Assembly (NCBI GenBank): GCA_964548125.1
Contig: CAZJQN010000002.1
Span: 1 to 60,406 of the forward strand
DNA: 60,406 nt
Reading direction: 5' to 3'
DNA from: an uncultured Bacteroidales bacterium
Lineage (GTDB): Bacteria; Bacteroidota; Bacteroidia; Bacteroidales; JAAYUG01
Shown: positions 28,801-36,837 of the stretch, one piece after another
How positions within the stretch are numbered: the first letter of the stretch is position 1
Layout of the letters: each line of letters begins with the position of its first letter
Program-made: the position numbers and the translations under genes
Notes under the pieces: model-generated
Databases searched by the model: none
What the model was told of the DNA's origin: nothing
What the model saw: the letters and a program-made list of their open reading frames with translations, nothing else

Positions 28801-30016
28801 TATGGTATTTTCAGGACCTTATGATTGTTGCAAAGATACATCAGAGGTTACAGTGATTGCATTGCATCCTTTGCCACGGGCCAGCCTCTCTTTTGTGTCG
28901 GTGTTTAGTAGTGGGATCTGTGAAGAAACTCCAGTCAGGTTGCAGTTTACTGCTAGCACTGGATCCCCTCCTTACCGGCTTTATTACAGTCGCGGAGATT
29001 CTTCCTTCGCAGTTATTATGAATTCCAAAAATCAACAATTCAGGGATATCCCTCATCCGCCCTATGGAATCGAACAATATCATTTTGTTTATAAGCCGGA
29101 TTCTCTCTTTGATAAATATGGATGCAAGGCTGATCTGCTTATAGGTATAGATTCTGTGGATGTCTTTAAAAAACCTGATATAGTTCTTCCACAGGATACA
29201 TTAAAATATTGTGGAAAATCGCTGGAACTGAATGTTGATCATGATGTTGGTACGGGAGTCTGGAAGATTAATGCAGTAAAACCCACCGGATTGGAGAACT
29301 ATATTTCTCTTTCCGACCCGATTTTGAAAAACTCTTCGCTTACCAGTTCTTCTGCTGATACTGCTGAATGGGTGCGTTTATTCTGGGTAGTTGATAATCA
29401 CGGCTGTGCTGATTCCCTCTCACGTTGGTATGTCTTGTATCGAATCCCTCCACATCAGATCCTTGTTTCTGATACTACACTTTACTATGAATTTGAACAT
29501 CTGCTAAATGCAGAAGAAATAACAGGGCCTACTGAATCAGGAATATGGACATATTCCGAAAAAACAGGGAAAACAGAACTTCAGATTGAGAACAGCCATT
29601 CCGGCCAAACAACGATCCGGATTCCTCAGGATCATTTTGGTGATTACCTGTTGTTTTGGACGGTCAATAACAACGTATGTGCAGTCCAATCTGACAGTGT
29701 ACGTGTTGTCTTCTCCAATATACGCGGTTATAATGGTTTTTCACCAAATGGTGATGGAATCAACGATGTTTTCTGGGTTGAGGGTATGGAGAATCTGGAG
29801 TCATTTGAAATAACCATCATGAACCGGTGGGGGGAAGTCGTTTACCATTATAGCAACATGGAAGAAAGTAGTTTTGAATGGACGGGTTGGGACGGTAAGC
29901 ATTACAAGACTGGCAAAGATGTGCCGGAAGGAATCTATTATTATATTATTAAGGCAAACGGTCGTATTTACAATAAAAACGGAAAACCTGGGCAATATAT
30001 TCTTTTGCGGAGATGA
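25802..30016 (+). CDS. Giant cell-surface protein with a type B T9SS sorting domain (gliding-motility-associated C-terminal domain family)
   Basis: Signal peptide MARHKVLNCCGLLVFGSLIYSLNAQ and a Gly-rich block (GGGNGQNSGGAGGSNGGQGGAGG ... GAGGGGGGGF). Six tandem ~90-aa repeats follow (C.G..P..L.....GG.G.Y.Y.W ... Y.P........Y.RR.V.SG.C). The C-terminal type B CTD is YNGFSPNGDGINDVFWVEGMENLESFEITIMNRWGEVVYHY...WDGK...VPEGIYYYIIKA. The ATG at 25802 is chosen over the track's TTG at 25787. Confidence 0.85.
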   Translation: MARHKVLNCCGLLVFGSLIYSLNAQVVSLSGIVNSYYRVEAVFNQNSANIDSVKLYDVTGLGKGDTVMIYQMKGAEVDPATGNYPSFQGSYVGRYEILLVNEVQVTNRLVIFTTNLSFYDPPVYPYRVSYMAEDTLQLIKVKSYRKASVDGVLTCKAWDGETGGILALIVSDTLWLNADIDVSGKGFRGAVGQLYPYGCSSDDGSFQQRNYSAVSDSAGWKGEGIVHFMSSYAKGYGYLGSNSGGGNGQNSGGAGGSNGGQGGAGGKEWNDCSPGLQSESGKNLASYYDVSNVTQKRIFFGGGGGGGTHSLGLVSSKGGNGGGIVLIMAGALVGNGKVIRSNGETPLACTGGAGGGGSGGAIILDVTSYIGSLTAEAKGGNGGSTTHESNTGAGGGGGGGFIWYAEPQSGNFTRNVSRGLKGSSIAGSTASDGANGSTRNNLIVQTRGWLFNVMPLDDTICAGTRPKEIRASFPKGGNGPGSYFYKWFRSFTKEGPYTEIVGATNVFYQPPILDSTTYFKRLILSIAPGDTIRDTSLSYTVKVYPAITLNTIAASDTFCYGQDPGVLSGPWPGGGNGTYSFYWDNSLNPSFVSATLGIATSQNYNPPVLYQTNYFRRRIISGVCRDTSNTVTLTVLPLISNNKITTPDTLVCFGNSPMVSASLPNGGDGSYVYKWQYRSDSPSSQFMNAPGLSAQKNYVAQNLTDTIFLRRVVWSGADTVCKSISDTVRVRVTMPITNNIISADQTLCEAEPAEQLKGRYPRGGDIGNYTYYWEKSLNQTVWTSEKVQSNPADTLYDPGIMNTTAWYRRVIFSGFNNTCKDTSNVVKLTVQPKIQGNAIWIQHTNDLDTTQCYGSMLGLLRGSGPPALSGGDGSTYNYAWKVSYPTWDSVGATRDFTYSQKLVNNVKFMRQVRSGKCISFSDTISVTVLPSIAENLLIPSDSICTGTSPGNLSATLPSGGDNVFRYKWQRNTGSGWNDIAGIVTGEYDPGSVFVQTSFRRMVFSGPYDCCKDTSEVTVIALHPLPRASLSFVSVFSSGICEETPVRLQFTASTGSPPYRLYYSRGDSSFAVIMNSKNQQFRDIPHPPYGIEQYHFVYKPDSLFDKYGCKADLLIGIDSVDVFKKPDIVLPQDTLKYCGKSLELNVDHDVGTGVWKINAVKPTGLENYISLSDPILKNSSLTSSSADTAEWVRLFWVVDNHGCADSLSRWYVLYRIPPHQILVSDTTLYYEFEHLLNAEEITGPTESGIWTYSEKTGKTELQIENSHSGQTTIRIPQDHFGDYLLFWTVNNNVCAVQSDSVRVVFSNIRGYNGFSPNGDGINDVFWVEGMENLESFEITIMNRWGEVVYHYSNMEESSFEWTGWDGKHYKTGKDVPEGIYYYIIKANGRIYNKNGKPGQYILLRR
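26696..26709 (+). repeat. T6G8 homopolymer junction inside the adhesin ORF
   Basis: atcTTTTTTGGGGGGGGagg encodes IFFGGGG. Confidence 0.9.
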
Positions 30017-30023
30017 ATCAGGT

Positions 30024-30959
30024 ATGATAAACAGGTTGATCATAGGATTACTTATTATTTTCCCGTGTAATTTATACGGTCAGCGTGATCTTATGCCTTT
30101 GAACAGTCAGTATTTATTTAATGGATTGTTGATCAATCCTGCTTATGCTGGCAGTCATGATGTTTTGAGCTTTGCAGGAACTTTCCGCAAACAGTGGCTT
30201 GGGTTTGACGGAGCTCCGGTTGATTATTCTTCGGGTTTTCACTGGCCCATGGCCAAAAGTAAGCTGGGAATGGGACTTATTTTTCGGCAGGAAAAGGTAA
30301 TTAATCAGAGCACTTCCGAGATTGGACTTGATTATGCTTTCCGTTTTATCCTGGGAAAAGGGAAGATGTCATTTGGTCTGCGTACCGCACTGAATTTGTT
30401 TCAGGAAGATCCTTTCAAAGGAGATATAAGAGACCCTTCTGATCCGTTATTCAGTGAAGACCGCCTGCAGGGAAGTGCCATGATGCCAAATTTCGGGTTC
30501 GGAATGTTTTATTTTACTGACAGGATGTATGCAGGTTTCTCTATTCCCTGGTTTTTTACTCTGCCTCCGGGAAGTTCGTTGTCTTCCTTCTTTACCGGAG
30601 AGAGTAATATGTCACAGTATAATTTTCTTTTTACCGGAGGCTATTATTTAAAAATTACCAACAAATTATGGTTTAAGCCGTCTTTCCTTATTAAATACCA
30701 GCCTGTGTCAGGTTTTCAGTATGATGTGAACGGAAGTTTTGTTTTGTTTGATGATTGTTTATGGGTGGGTGGAGGTTATCGGGCTGATGGTACTGTAATA
30801 GCTATGCTTGATATACAGATGTTGAGACAGTTAAAGTTGGGATTTTCATGGGATTATCCTACGGGGGTTATTCGTCAGGCTACGGCAGGATCCATGGAAT
30901 TTTCGTTGCGATATAATTTCAATTTTAAGGTAAATGCTGTAAGTCCAAGGTTTTTCTGA
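30024..30959 (+). CDS. PorP/SprF-family type IX secretion system membrane protein
   Basis: MINRLIIGLLIIFPCNLYGQRD...SQYLFNGLLINPAYAG...RKQWLGFDGAP.. is the hallmark N-terminus of PorP/SprF beta-barrels. The gene starts 7 nt after the type-B-CTD gene. The start is moved to ATG 30024. Confidence 0.88.
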   Translation: MINRLIIGLLIIFPCNLYGQRDLMPLNSQYLFNGLLINPAYAGSHDVLSFAGTFRKQWLGFDGAPVDYSSGFHWPMAKSKLGMGLIFRQEKVINQSTSEIGLDYAFRFILGKGKMSFGLRTALNLFQEDPFKGDIRDPSDPLFSEDRLQGSAMMPNFGFGMFYFTDRMYAGFSIPWFFTLPPGSSLSSFFTGESNMSQYNFLFTGGYYLKITNKLWFKPSFLIKYQPVSGFQYDVNGSFVLFDDCLWVGGGYRADGTVIAMLDIQMLRQLKLGFSWDYPTGVIRQATAGSMEFSLRYNFNFKVNAVSPRFF

Positions 30960-30963
30960 GCCT

Positions 30964-32448
30964 ATGAAATACGGGAATATCTTCTTGTGGGTGGGTTTGT
31001 TAATGGGCGGATTGCTCACTGTTACGGGGCAGACGGACAGCCTTTACCGGATTGAAAGACTAAGTTTTTCAAGTATTGCGTATGACGAATATGCCCCTGT
31101 ATTGCTGAATGCACGAAATCAGCTGATTTTTATTACCAACAGAAGTGCCGGTGGATTATTCAAACATAGTACTGCAGAAGGTACTCCTTTGGAAAACTAT
31201 TTTTACGTTACACGCAGGAAAGACAGTACATTTACAGGTTCTCCCAGGGTTTTTGCATCGGAACTTGTTTCTGGAAGCAATAAGGGGCCTATGGTTTTTA
31301 ACCGGGAAGGAACAAAGATGTATCTAACGAAAAATATTATTGAACCGGGCCGATTTAAGAATTACATGGGGACTAATAACCTGCTCGGGATTTTTGAATC
31401 CAGTTTTGTCGGCGGCCGCTGGACTGAGCCGGTTCTAATATCAGTTATCAATATGGACGGTTATAATACCTGCCATCCTGCTTTGAGTCCGGACGGGAAG
31501 CGAATGTATTTTGCTTCTGATCGCCCGGGAGGTTTCGGAAGAATGGATCTATGGTATTCCGATTTTGTAAAAGGGCAATGGACTGAACCCAAAAATCTGG
31601 GTCCGGTGATTAATTCTTCCTTTAATGAAGTATATCCGACCTGTACTTCTGACGGACGTTTGTATTTTTCATCTAACCGGCCTGATAGAACCATGGGCAA
31701 ACTGGATATCTTCTATTCTGAACTTGTCAATGGCCAATGGGTTGAGCCACGAAGAATGCCGGAGCCATTCAATTCGCGGTACAACGATTTATGCTTTGTT
31801 CCTGAAGGAAACGGGGACAGGGGTTATTTCTCATCCGACAGGTATGATCGGACAACGAGTGATGTGTTTTATTTTTCCTTAACGGAACCAAAGTTTGGTA
31901 ATCCGGAGCCTTTAAAAATGCCACGTCTTTGCTATACCTTTTTTGAAAATATGGGTGTAGTAATTGATACTTCAATTGCTGTATATGAATGGACTTTCAG
32001 CGATGGAGGCAAGCACCGGGGGCTGGAGGCATACCACTGTTTCCCCGGCACCGGAGAATATACCGTCGAACTCAATGTTGTGAATAAACTGGAAGGGACA
32101 GTTGAAAAGAATGTGGTTGCTTATTATTTTCCGATAGAGAAGATTGAGCAACCATGGATAGCTTGCCCTGATACGATCAAGGTCAATGAATGGGTTGAAT
32201 TCTCGGGTTTGGATTCTTGGTTTGTCAGTTTTGTGCCGGAAAAGTATTATTGGGATTTTGGCGACGGAACAAAGGCAATGGGAATTACCGTGAGATATCG
32301 GTATGTGCGTCCCGGGAAATACCGTGTTCGCCTGGGAGTTTCAGGAAAGGAACAAGGAGGAGGAAACCAGGTAACTCGTGCTTCTTATAAGGAAGTGGTT
32401 GTTGAGGGTGATTATACACTGACTCCCTCCGTGTCCACAGCTCCATGA
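30964..32448 (+). CDS. PD40 (TolB-like beta-propeller repeat) protein with two C-terminal PKD-like modules
   Basis: Signal peptide and repeated PD40 motifs (PALSPDGKRMYFASDRPGGFGRMDLWYS, YPTCTSDGRLYFSSNRPD..GKLDIFYS, GYFSSDRYD). C-terminal PKD-like signatures are YEWTFSDGGKHRG...GEYTVELNV and YWDFGDGTKAMG...YVRPGKYRVRLGV. No OmpA-like C-terminus is present. Confidence 0.7.
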   Translation: MKYGNIFLWVGLLMGGLLTVTGQTDSLYRIERLSFSSIAYDEYAPVLLNARNQLIFITNRSAGGLFKHSTAEGTPLENYFYVTRRKDSTFTGSPRVFASELVSGSNKGPMVFNREGTKMYLTKNIIEPGRFKNYMGTNNLLGIFESSFVGGRWTEPVLISVINMDGYNTCHPALSPDGKRMYFASDRPGGFGRMDLWYSDFVKGQWTEPKNLGPVINSSFNEVYPTCTSDGRLYFSSNRPDRTMGKLDIFYSELVNGQWVEPRRMPEPFNSRYNDLCFVPEGNGDRGYFSSDRYDRTTSDVFYFSLTEPKFGNPEPLKMPRLCYTFFENMGVVIDTSIAVYEWTFSDGGKHRGLEAYHCFPGTGEYTVELNVVNKLEGTVEKNVVAYYFPIEKIEQPWIACPDTIKVNEWVEFSGLDSWFVSFVPEKYYWDFGDGTKAMGITVRYRYVRPGKYRVRLGVSGKEQGGGNQVTRASYKEVVVEGDYTLTPSVSTAP

Positions 32449-32613
32449 TGTTCATTGGAGGTAAAATGCTTGGGCCCAATTTTTGTACAGTTAATTTGAG
32501 TGAGTTGAAAAAAATTATGAATTACGTTATTAGATTTTTATAATGAAGTAACCTTGATTATTTTAGCTAATGGGAATTTATCAACTGATTTGATGATGTT
32601 TAAGTATAGTAAT

Positions 32614-33594
32614 ATGAGACAATGGGAATCAGTATCGTTGCGAAAATTTCTGACAGGGGTTTGGTTCTTTGCCGTATTGTGTCCTATATGGAGTCAGCCG
32701 GTACCCGGAAAAGATGAAAACATACCGTATCTGGTTACTTTTGGAGGAAATGCGGAGACTTCATGGGGAGATGATGATTTTTCACAGACCTTTTTCTTCG
32801 TTATACCTAAGGATTTTACCAGTCCGGTATATATACGGGTTTATGATCCGGACTGCGGAGGAGCGATTGATGAATTGAAAGGTGTGTTTGATACACGTAC
32901 CAGTTTTACGGTTTACGGCGGCGTTGGATGTTATACCAATGAAGATGTTCAGACGGGCCAACCACAGGGCAACTATAAGGCAGGAAACGTATTGGCTACC
33001 AGAACATTTGGAGTTGATATCCGCTTCGATCAGAAGTGGTTTACTTTTGGTCCGTTTAATCCAACGGAAGGTGAATATGTGGAACAGTTCAAAGGCTACA
33101 TTATCAAGATTATAGCTGAAGGAGTCAGTGGCGATGACGGGAACCTTTACCGCTATTTTCTTTCTACATTACCTGATGAGAATAATCCAATCGAAGGAGC
33201 GAATGCATTTACATTTGAATATTGTTTTCGTATGTGGGATGACCCTAAACAAATTTCCGTTATCTACCCTTATATTGATGACAGAACCATTAACGTAAGA
33301 GAGTCCAATTTTGATTGGGATGACGATGGTTACATACTGATTACCTCTGTTTTAAGAAAAAGTCAGCCTCTGCCGGTTTCAAACGAAGATAACTGGGTAG
33401 AGAGTGATTTTAAAATTTTTGACAAGGAACATAATACATCATTAGCAATTAGTATGATCAAAAAGAGTTCACCGGTAGTACGGAACAATAATGTGGTTAT
33501 GCATATACGAAACCAGTACAATGAAGCATTGAAATTTTATTCCTCCCCAATTGGTGGGATTCCAAAACCTATTTATGGTATTGGTGTTAGATAG
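32614..33594 (+). CDS. Secreted protein of unknown function (no family recognised)
   Basis: Signal peptide MRQWESVSLRKFLTGVWFFAVLCPIWSQP. The sequence is Asp/aromatic-rich and beta-like (IRVYDPDCGGAIDE, SGDDGNLYRYFLS, NFDWDDDGYILI) with no T9SS CTD. It ends 15 nt before the sensor-phosphatase gene. Alternative starts are 32554 (TTG) and 32593 (ATG). Confidence 0.6.
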   Translation: MRQWESVSLRKFLTGVWFFAVLCPIWSQPVPGKDENIPYLVTFGGNAETSWGDDDFSQTFFFVIPKDFTSPVYIRVYDPDCGGAIDELKGVFDTRTSFTVYGGVGCYTNEDVQTGQPQGNYKAGNVLATRTFGVDIRFDQKWFTFGPFNPTEGEYVEQFKGYIIKIIAEGVSGDDGNLYRYFLSTLPDENNPIEGANAFTFEYCFRMWDDPKQISVIYPYIDDRTINVRESNFDWDDDGYILITSVLRKSQPLPVSNEDNWVESDFKIFDKEHNTSLAISMIKKSSPVVRNNNVVMHIRNQYNEALKFYSSPIGGIPKPIYGIGVR

Positions 33595-33609
33595 AAAAGT
33601 GTATAATAC

Positions 33610-36600
33610 ATGAGGAAATTTTTACGTTTGCAGCTTATTCTGATTTTTTCAGGATTTATTTCTGTCAGTCTTTTTTCGCAGGAGATCCGTTTTAAGGTTT
33701 ATTCGCGGGATCAAGGAATTTTGAATCCTTTTGTTTACTCAGTATCCCAGGATAAAAATGGCTTCTTATATCTGGCCACTGGGGAAGATGTTTATCGCTT
33801 TGATGGTTTTACATTTGTTCCGATCCGTTTTCAGAGGGAAGAACTCAAAGCCTACTCCACTAGGGTATTTACTGATGAAAAGGGAAATCTCTGGTTTGGT
33901 ATGAGTAACGGCAAGGTTTTCGTTTGGGATGGGAAAAACAGTCGACAGATAAATCTTCCTTCGGGAGTTACCTCCCAGATTACAGAGATAATATCTGACA
34001 GAGCTGGAGTCAAATGGATAGTTACCCAGCAAAATGGTATATATGGCATTAATGAAGGTGAACGGGTTATAAGATGTGATTCTGTTTTGTCTGGCAGAAC
34101 GTTAACTTCCGCGCTTTATTCGGGTAATAACAATTTGCTTATTGCTGCCGATAACGGAATTAATGTATTTACATTATCAGGTAGTGCAAGTTGTCCGCAA
34201 TGGAAAGGAACATTGGAAAATTTTCCTTTAACGCGGGTTAATGAATTAATACAGCTGCAATCATCTAAAAGCATTCTCGCAGCAACTGATGATTACGGTA
34301 TTTTGCAGATTCATGTTGAAGGGTCTGACGTAAGTTCTTTCAGGGTTAGTGATTTTGGAAAAGACTTTGGTATCAATCAGCAAAGTATAACTTCAATTTT
34401 TGAAGATACCGAACATAATATTTGGGTTGCTGCTGCCGGCGAGGGAGTTATTGAAATTCTCTGGGACCAGGAATCCAGGAAGCATTCAGGTATAAGGCGA
34501 TTCAATACATCCAACGGATTGCCGGTTGACTATATCCGGTCCTTTTTTCAAGACAGGGAGGGCCAAATATGGATGGCTACATACGGGAACGGAGTTGTTT
34601 CCTTTGCAGATGAGGCACTTCAGTTTTATGATTTTTCAAGGCTTGTAGGGAAAAATATTACCGCTATTACCGTGCGGGGCAATGATCTGATTCTGGCAGG
34701 TCAAAAGGGGATTCTTGTACTAAATAAGAACACCCTGATGAACAGGTTTTTTGTGCAGGCAGGAACAAGAGGGCTTCCTTCCGACAAGATAACTGCAATG
34801 TTTACTGACAGGAGAGGTCTTGTGTGGGTAGGTACTTCCGAAAGTGGTTGTTATCTGTTCGATGTGAATGCATCTTCTTTCCGTCGCATATGGTTTTCAG
34901 GAAACGCTGTTGAAAATGTCATCAATCATATTAACGGGAAAGGTGACAGTATATTTATTGCAACCAACGGGGGCCTGGTAATAATGGATCTGGTCCGAAA
35001 TAGCTCACTTTTGTTAACCATGGCTGACGGGTTGCCGTATAATATTATTCAGTCGGTATATATCGACAGGGAGGAAAAAGTTTGGCTTGCCTGTGCCAGT
35101 AAAGGTATTTTTAACCTGAGCGACCGCACTTACCGTTCGGAAGGTATTTCTGCTCTGATTGAATTCTCCGCTTTTGCTCAGGATGCCAATGGCAATTATT
35201 GGGCGGGAACTATGGGACAGGGAGTGTTGTGTTTTCTCCCTGATACGCTTTTTCAGGTCAATACTACATCAGGATTGGGTTCAAATTATGTTTACAGTGT
35301 GGCTACTGACCGGGATGGAGAAATCTGGCTGGGGCATAGAATGAGTATTAGCCGGATTGATCCCGTGAAAAAATCGGTTAAAGTTTTTGACAAAGCGTAT
35401 GGGTTTACTGCAGATTGCAATCCAAATGCGCTTGTTTCTGATCCTGGAGGGATATTATGGATTGGTACTACAGAGGGCCTTGTCGGTTATAATCTTAATA
35501 AGGAAAAGAAAACGAATATTCCTCCGGTTCTGAACATTGTTACGTTGCGGATAGACGATAAGGAATATGATCCGACCGGAAAGATTATACTACCGTATGG
35601 TTCACACCGTGTTCGCATTGAGTTTATCGGATTGAACTTCCGCTCACCGGAACGGGTTTTTTACAGATATCGTATGAAAGGATTTGATCCTGAATGGACT
35701 GATGCCGGAGGGAATCGTTTTGTCAATTACAACAATCTAAGGGATGGTAAATATGCTTTCGGATTGATGGCCTGTAATGACCAGGGAGACTGCAGTGAAA
35801 ATGAATCATTCTTTACAATAGAGGTACGTCTTCCGCTCTGGAAGCAATGGTGGTTCCTTTTAACAGTATTGGTCACAACTGTTCTTGCTGTTTATGGGGT
35901 TATGTACTATCGTAATAAACAGACTGAGGAATATAAGAAGAGGTTGGAAGTTGAACTTGCCCAACGTACGCGGGAGGTGGTGCAGAAAAAGGAGGAGATT
36001 GAGCTGAAAAACAGGGAAATTATTCAAAGTATTGAATATGCACAGCGTATTCAGCAAAGTATGCTCCCTTCGGCCACTATGCTGGAGAAATATTTTTCCG
36101 GATATTTTTTGTTTTATCGACCTCGGGATATTGTCAGCGGTGATTTTTACTGGTTTGATAAACTCAAAGATAACCGATTCTTACTGATTTGTGCCGATAG
36201 TACAGGTCATGGTGTTCCCGGAGGATTCATGTCGGTGATGGGCACTACGCTTATAAAAGATATATGTTATCGAAGCGATCTTGAGTCTCCTTCTGAAATG
36301 CTTGCCCTTCTTGATCATGAGATCCATCGTCGCCTTAACCAGAATATTGAAGCCGAAAGGTCGAATGACGGAATGGACCTGATCTTATGCGACATCAACC
36401 TTGATACCTATGTCGTAAGAATTGCCTCAGCAATGCGTCCGGTTATTATATACATCAACGGAGAACAAATGTATATACCTGGTAGCAGGAACTCTGTAGG
36501 GGGAACAATTGTTAGCCATGATGACAAAATCTTTGAAGACAGAGTTTATGCAATGTCGAAAGGAGATCTAATTTATATGTTTTCGGATGGATATACTGAT

Positions 36601-36777
36601 CAGTTCGGTGGACCTTTAGGGAAAAAATTCAAAATTGCCCGTCTCAGAAATCTTTTAAAAGATATCCATCAGAAGCCTATGACGGAGCAATATCAGCATA
36701 TTAAAAGCACCTTCGATTTGTGGAAAGGAGATCAACCTCAGATAGATGATGTACTTTTCCTCGGTATCCAGCTCTGA
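33610..36777 (+). CDS. Periplasmic Reg_prop beta-propeller / Y_Y_Y sensor fused via one TM helix and a coiled coil to a SpoIIE/PP2C phosphatase domain
   Basis: Many two-component-regulator-propeller repeats (D..G.LW.GT..GL type: DKNGFLYLATGEDVY, DEKGNLWFGMSNG, DREGQIWMATYGNG, DRRGLVWVGTSESG, DRDGEIWLGH, DPGGILWIGTTEGL). The Y_Y_Y motif is VFYRYRMKGFDPEWTD...NYNNLRDGKYAF. The TM helix is WWFLLTVLVTTVLAVYGVMYY (nt ~35849-35911). PP2C/SpoIIE motifs are IVSGDFYWF, CADSTGHGVPGGFMS, DGMDL and FSDGYTDQFG. Confidence 0.85.
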   Translation: MRKFLRLQLILIFSGFISVSLFSQEIRFKVYSRDQGILNPFVYSVSQDKNGFLYLATGEDVYRFDGFTFVPIRFQREELKAYSTRVFTDEKGNLWFGMSNGKVFVWDGKNSRQINLPSGVTSQITEIISDRAGVKWIVTQQNGIYGINEGERVIRCDSVLSGRTLTSALYSGNNNLLIAADNGINVFTLSGSASCPQWKGTLENFPLTRVNELIQLQSSKSILAATDDYGILQIHVEGSDVSSFRVSDFGKDFGINQQSITSIFEDTEHNIWVAAAGEGVIEILWDQESRKHSGIRRFNTSNGLPVDYIRSFFQDREGQIWMATYGNGVVSFADEALQFYDFSRLVGKNITAITVRGNDLILAGQKGILVLNKNTLMNRFFVQAGTRGLPSDKITAMFTDRRGLVWVGTSESGCYLFDVNASSFRRIWFSGNAVENVINHINGKGDSIFIATNGGLVIMDLVRNSSLLLTMADGLPYNIIQSVYIDREEKVWLACASKGIFNLSDRTYRSEGISALIEFSAFAQDANGNYWAGTMGQGVLCFLPDTLFQVNTTSGLGSNYVYSVATDRDGEIWLGHRMSISRIDPVKKSVKVFDKAYGFTADCNPNALVSDPGGILWIGTTEGLVGYNLNKEKKTNIPPVLNIVTLRIDDKEYDPTGKIILPYGSHRVRIEFIGLNFRSPERVFYRYRMKGFDPEWTDAGGNRFVNYNNLRDGKYAFGLMACNDQGDCSENESFFTIEVRLPLWKQWWFLLTVLVTTVLAVYGVMYYRNKQTEEYKKRLEVELAQRTREVVQKKEEIELKNREIIQSIEYAQRIQQSMLPSATMLEKYFSGYFLFYRPRDIVSGDFYWFDKLKDNRFLLICADSTGHGVPGGFMSVMGTTLIKDICYRSDLESPSEMLALLDHEIHRRLNQNIEAERSNDGMDLILCDINLDTYVVRIASAMRPVIIYINGEQMYIPGSRNSVGGTIVSHDDKIFEDRVYAMSKGDLIYMFSDGYTDQFGGPLGKKFKIARLRNLLKDIHQKPMTEQYQHIKSTFDLWKGDQPQIDDVLFLGIQL

Positions 36778-36837
36778 AAAGTATTTCTGCTGGAAAAATT
36801 TGTAAATCCTGGAGAAGAAAATAGGTTTTTCGGATTA

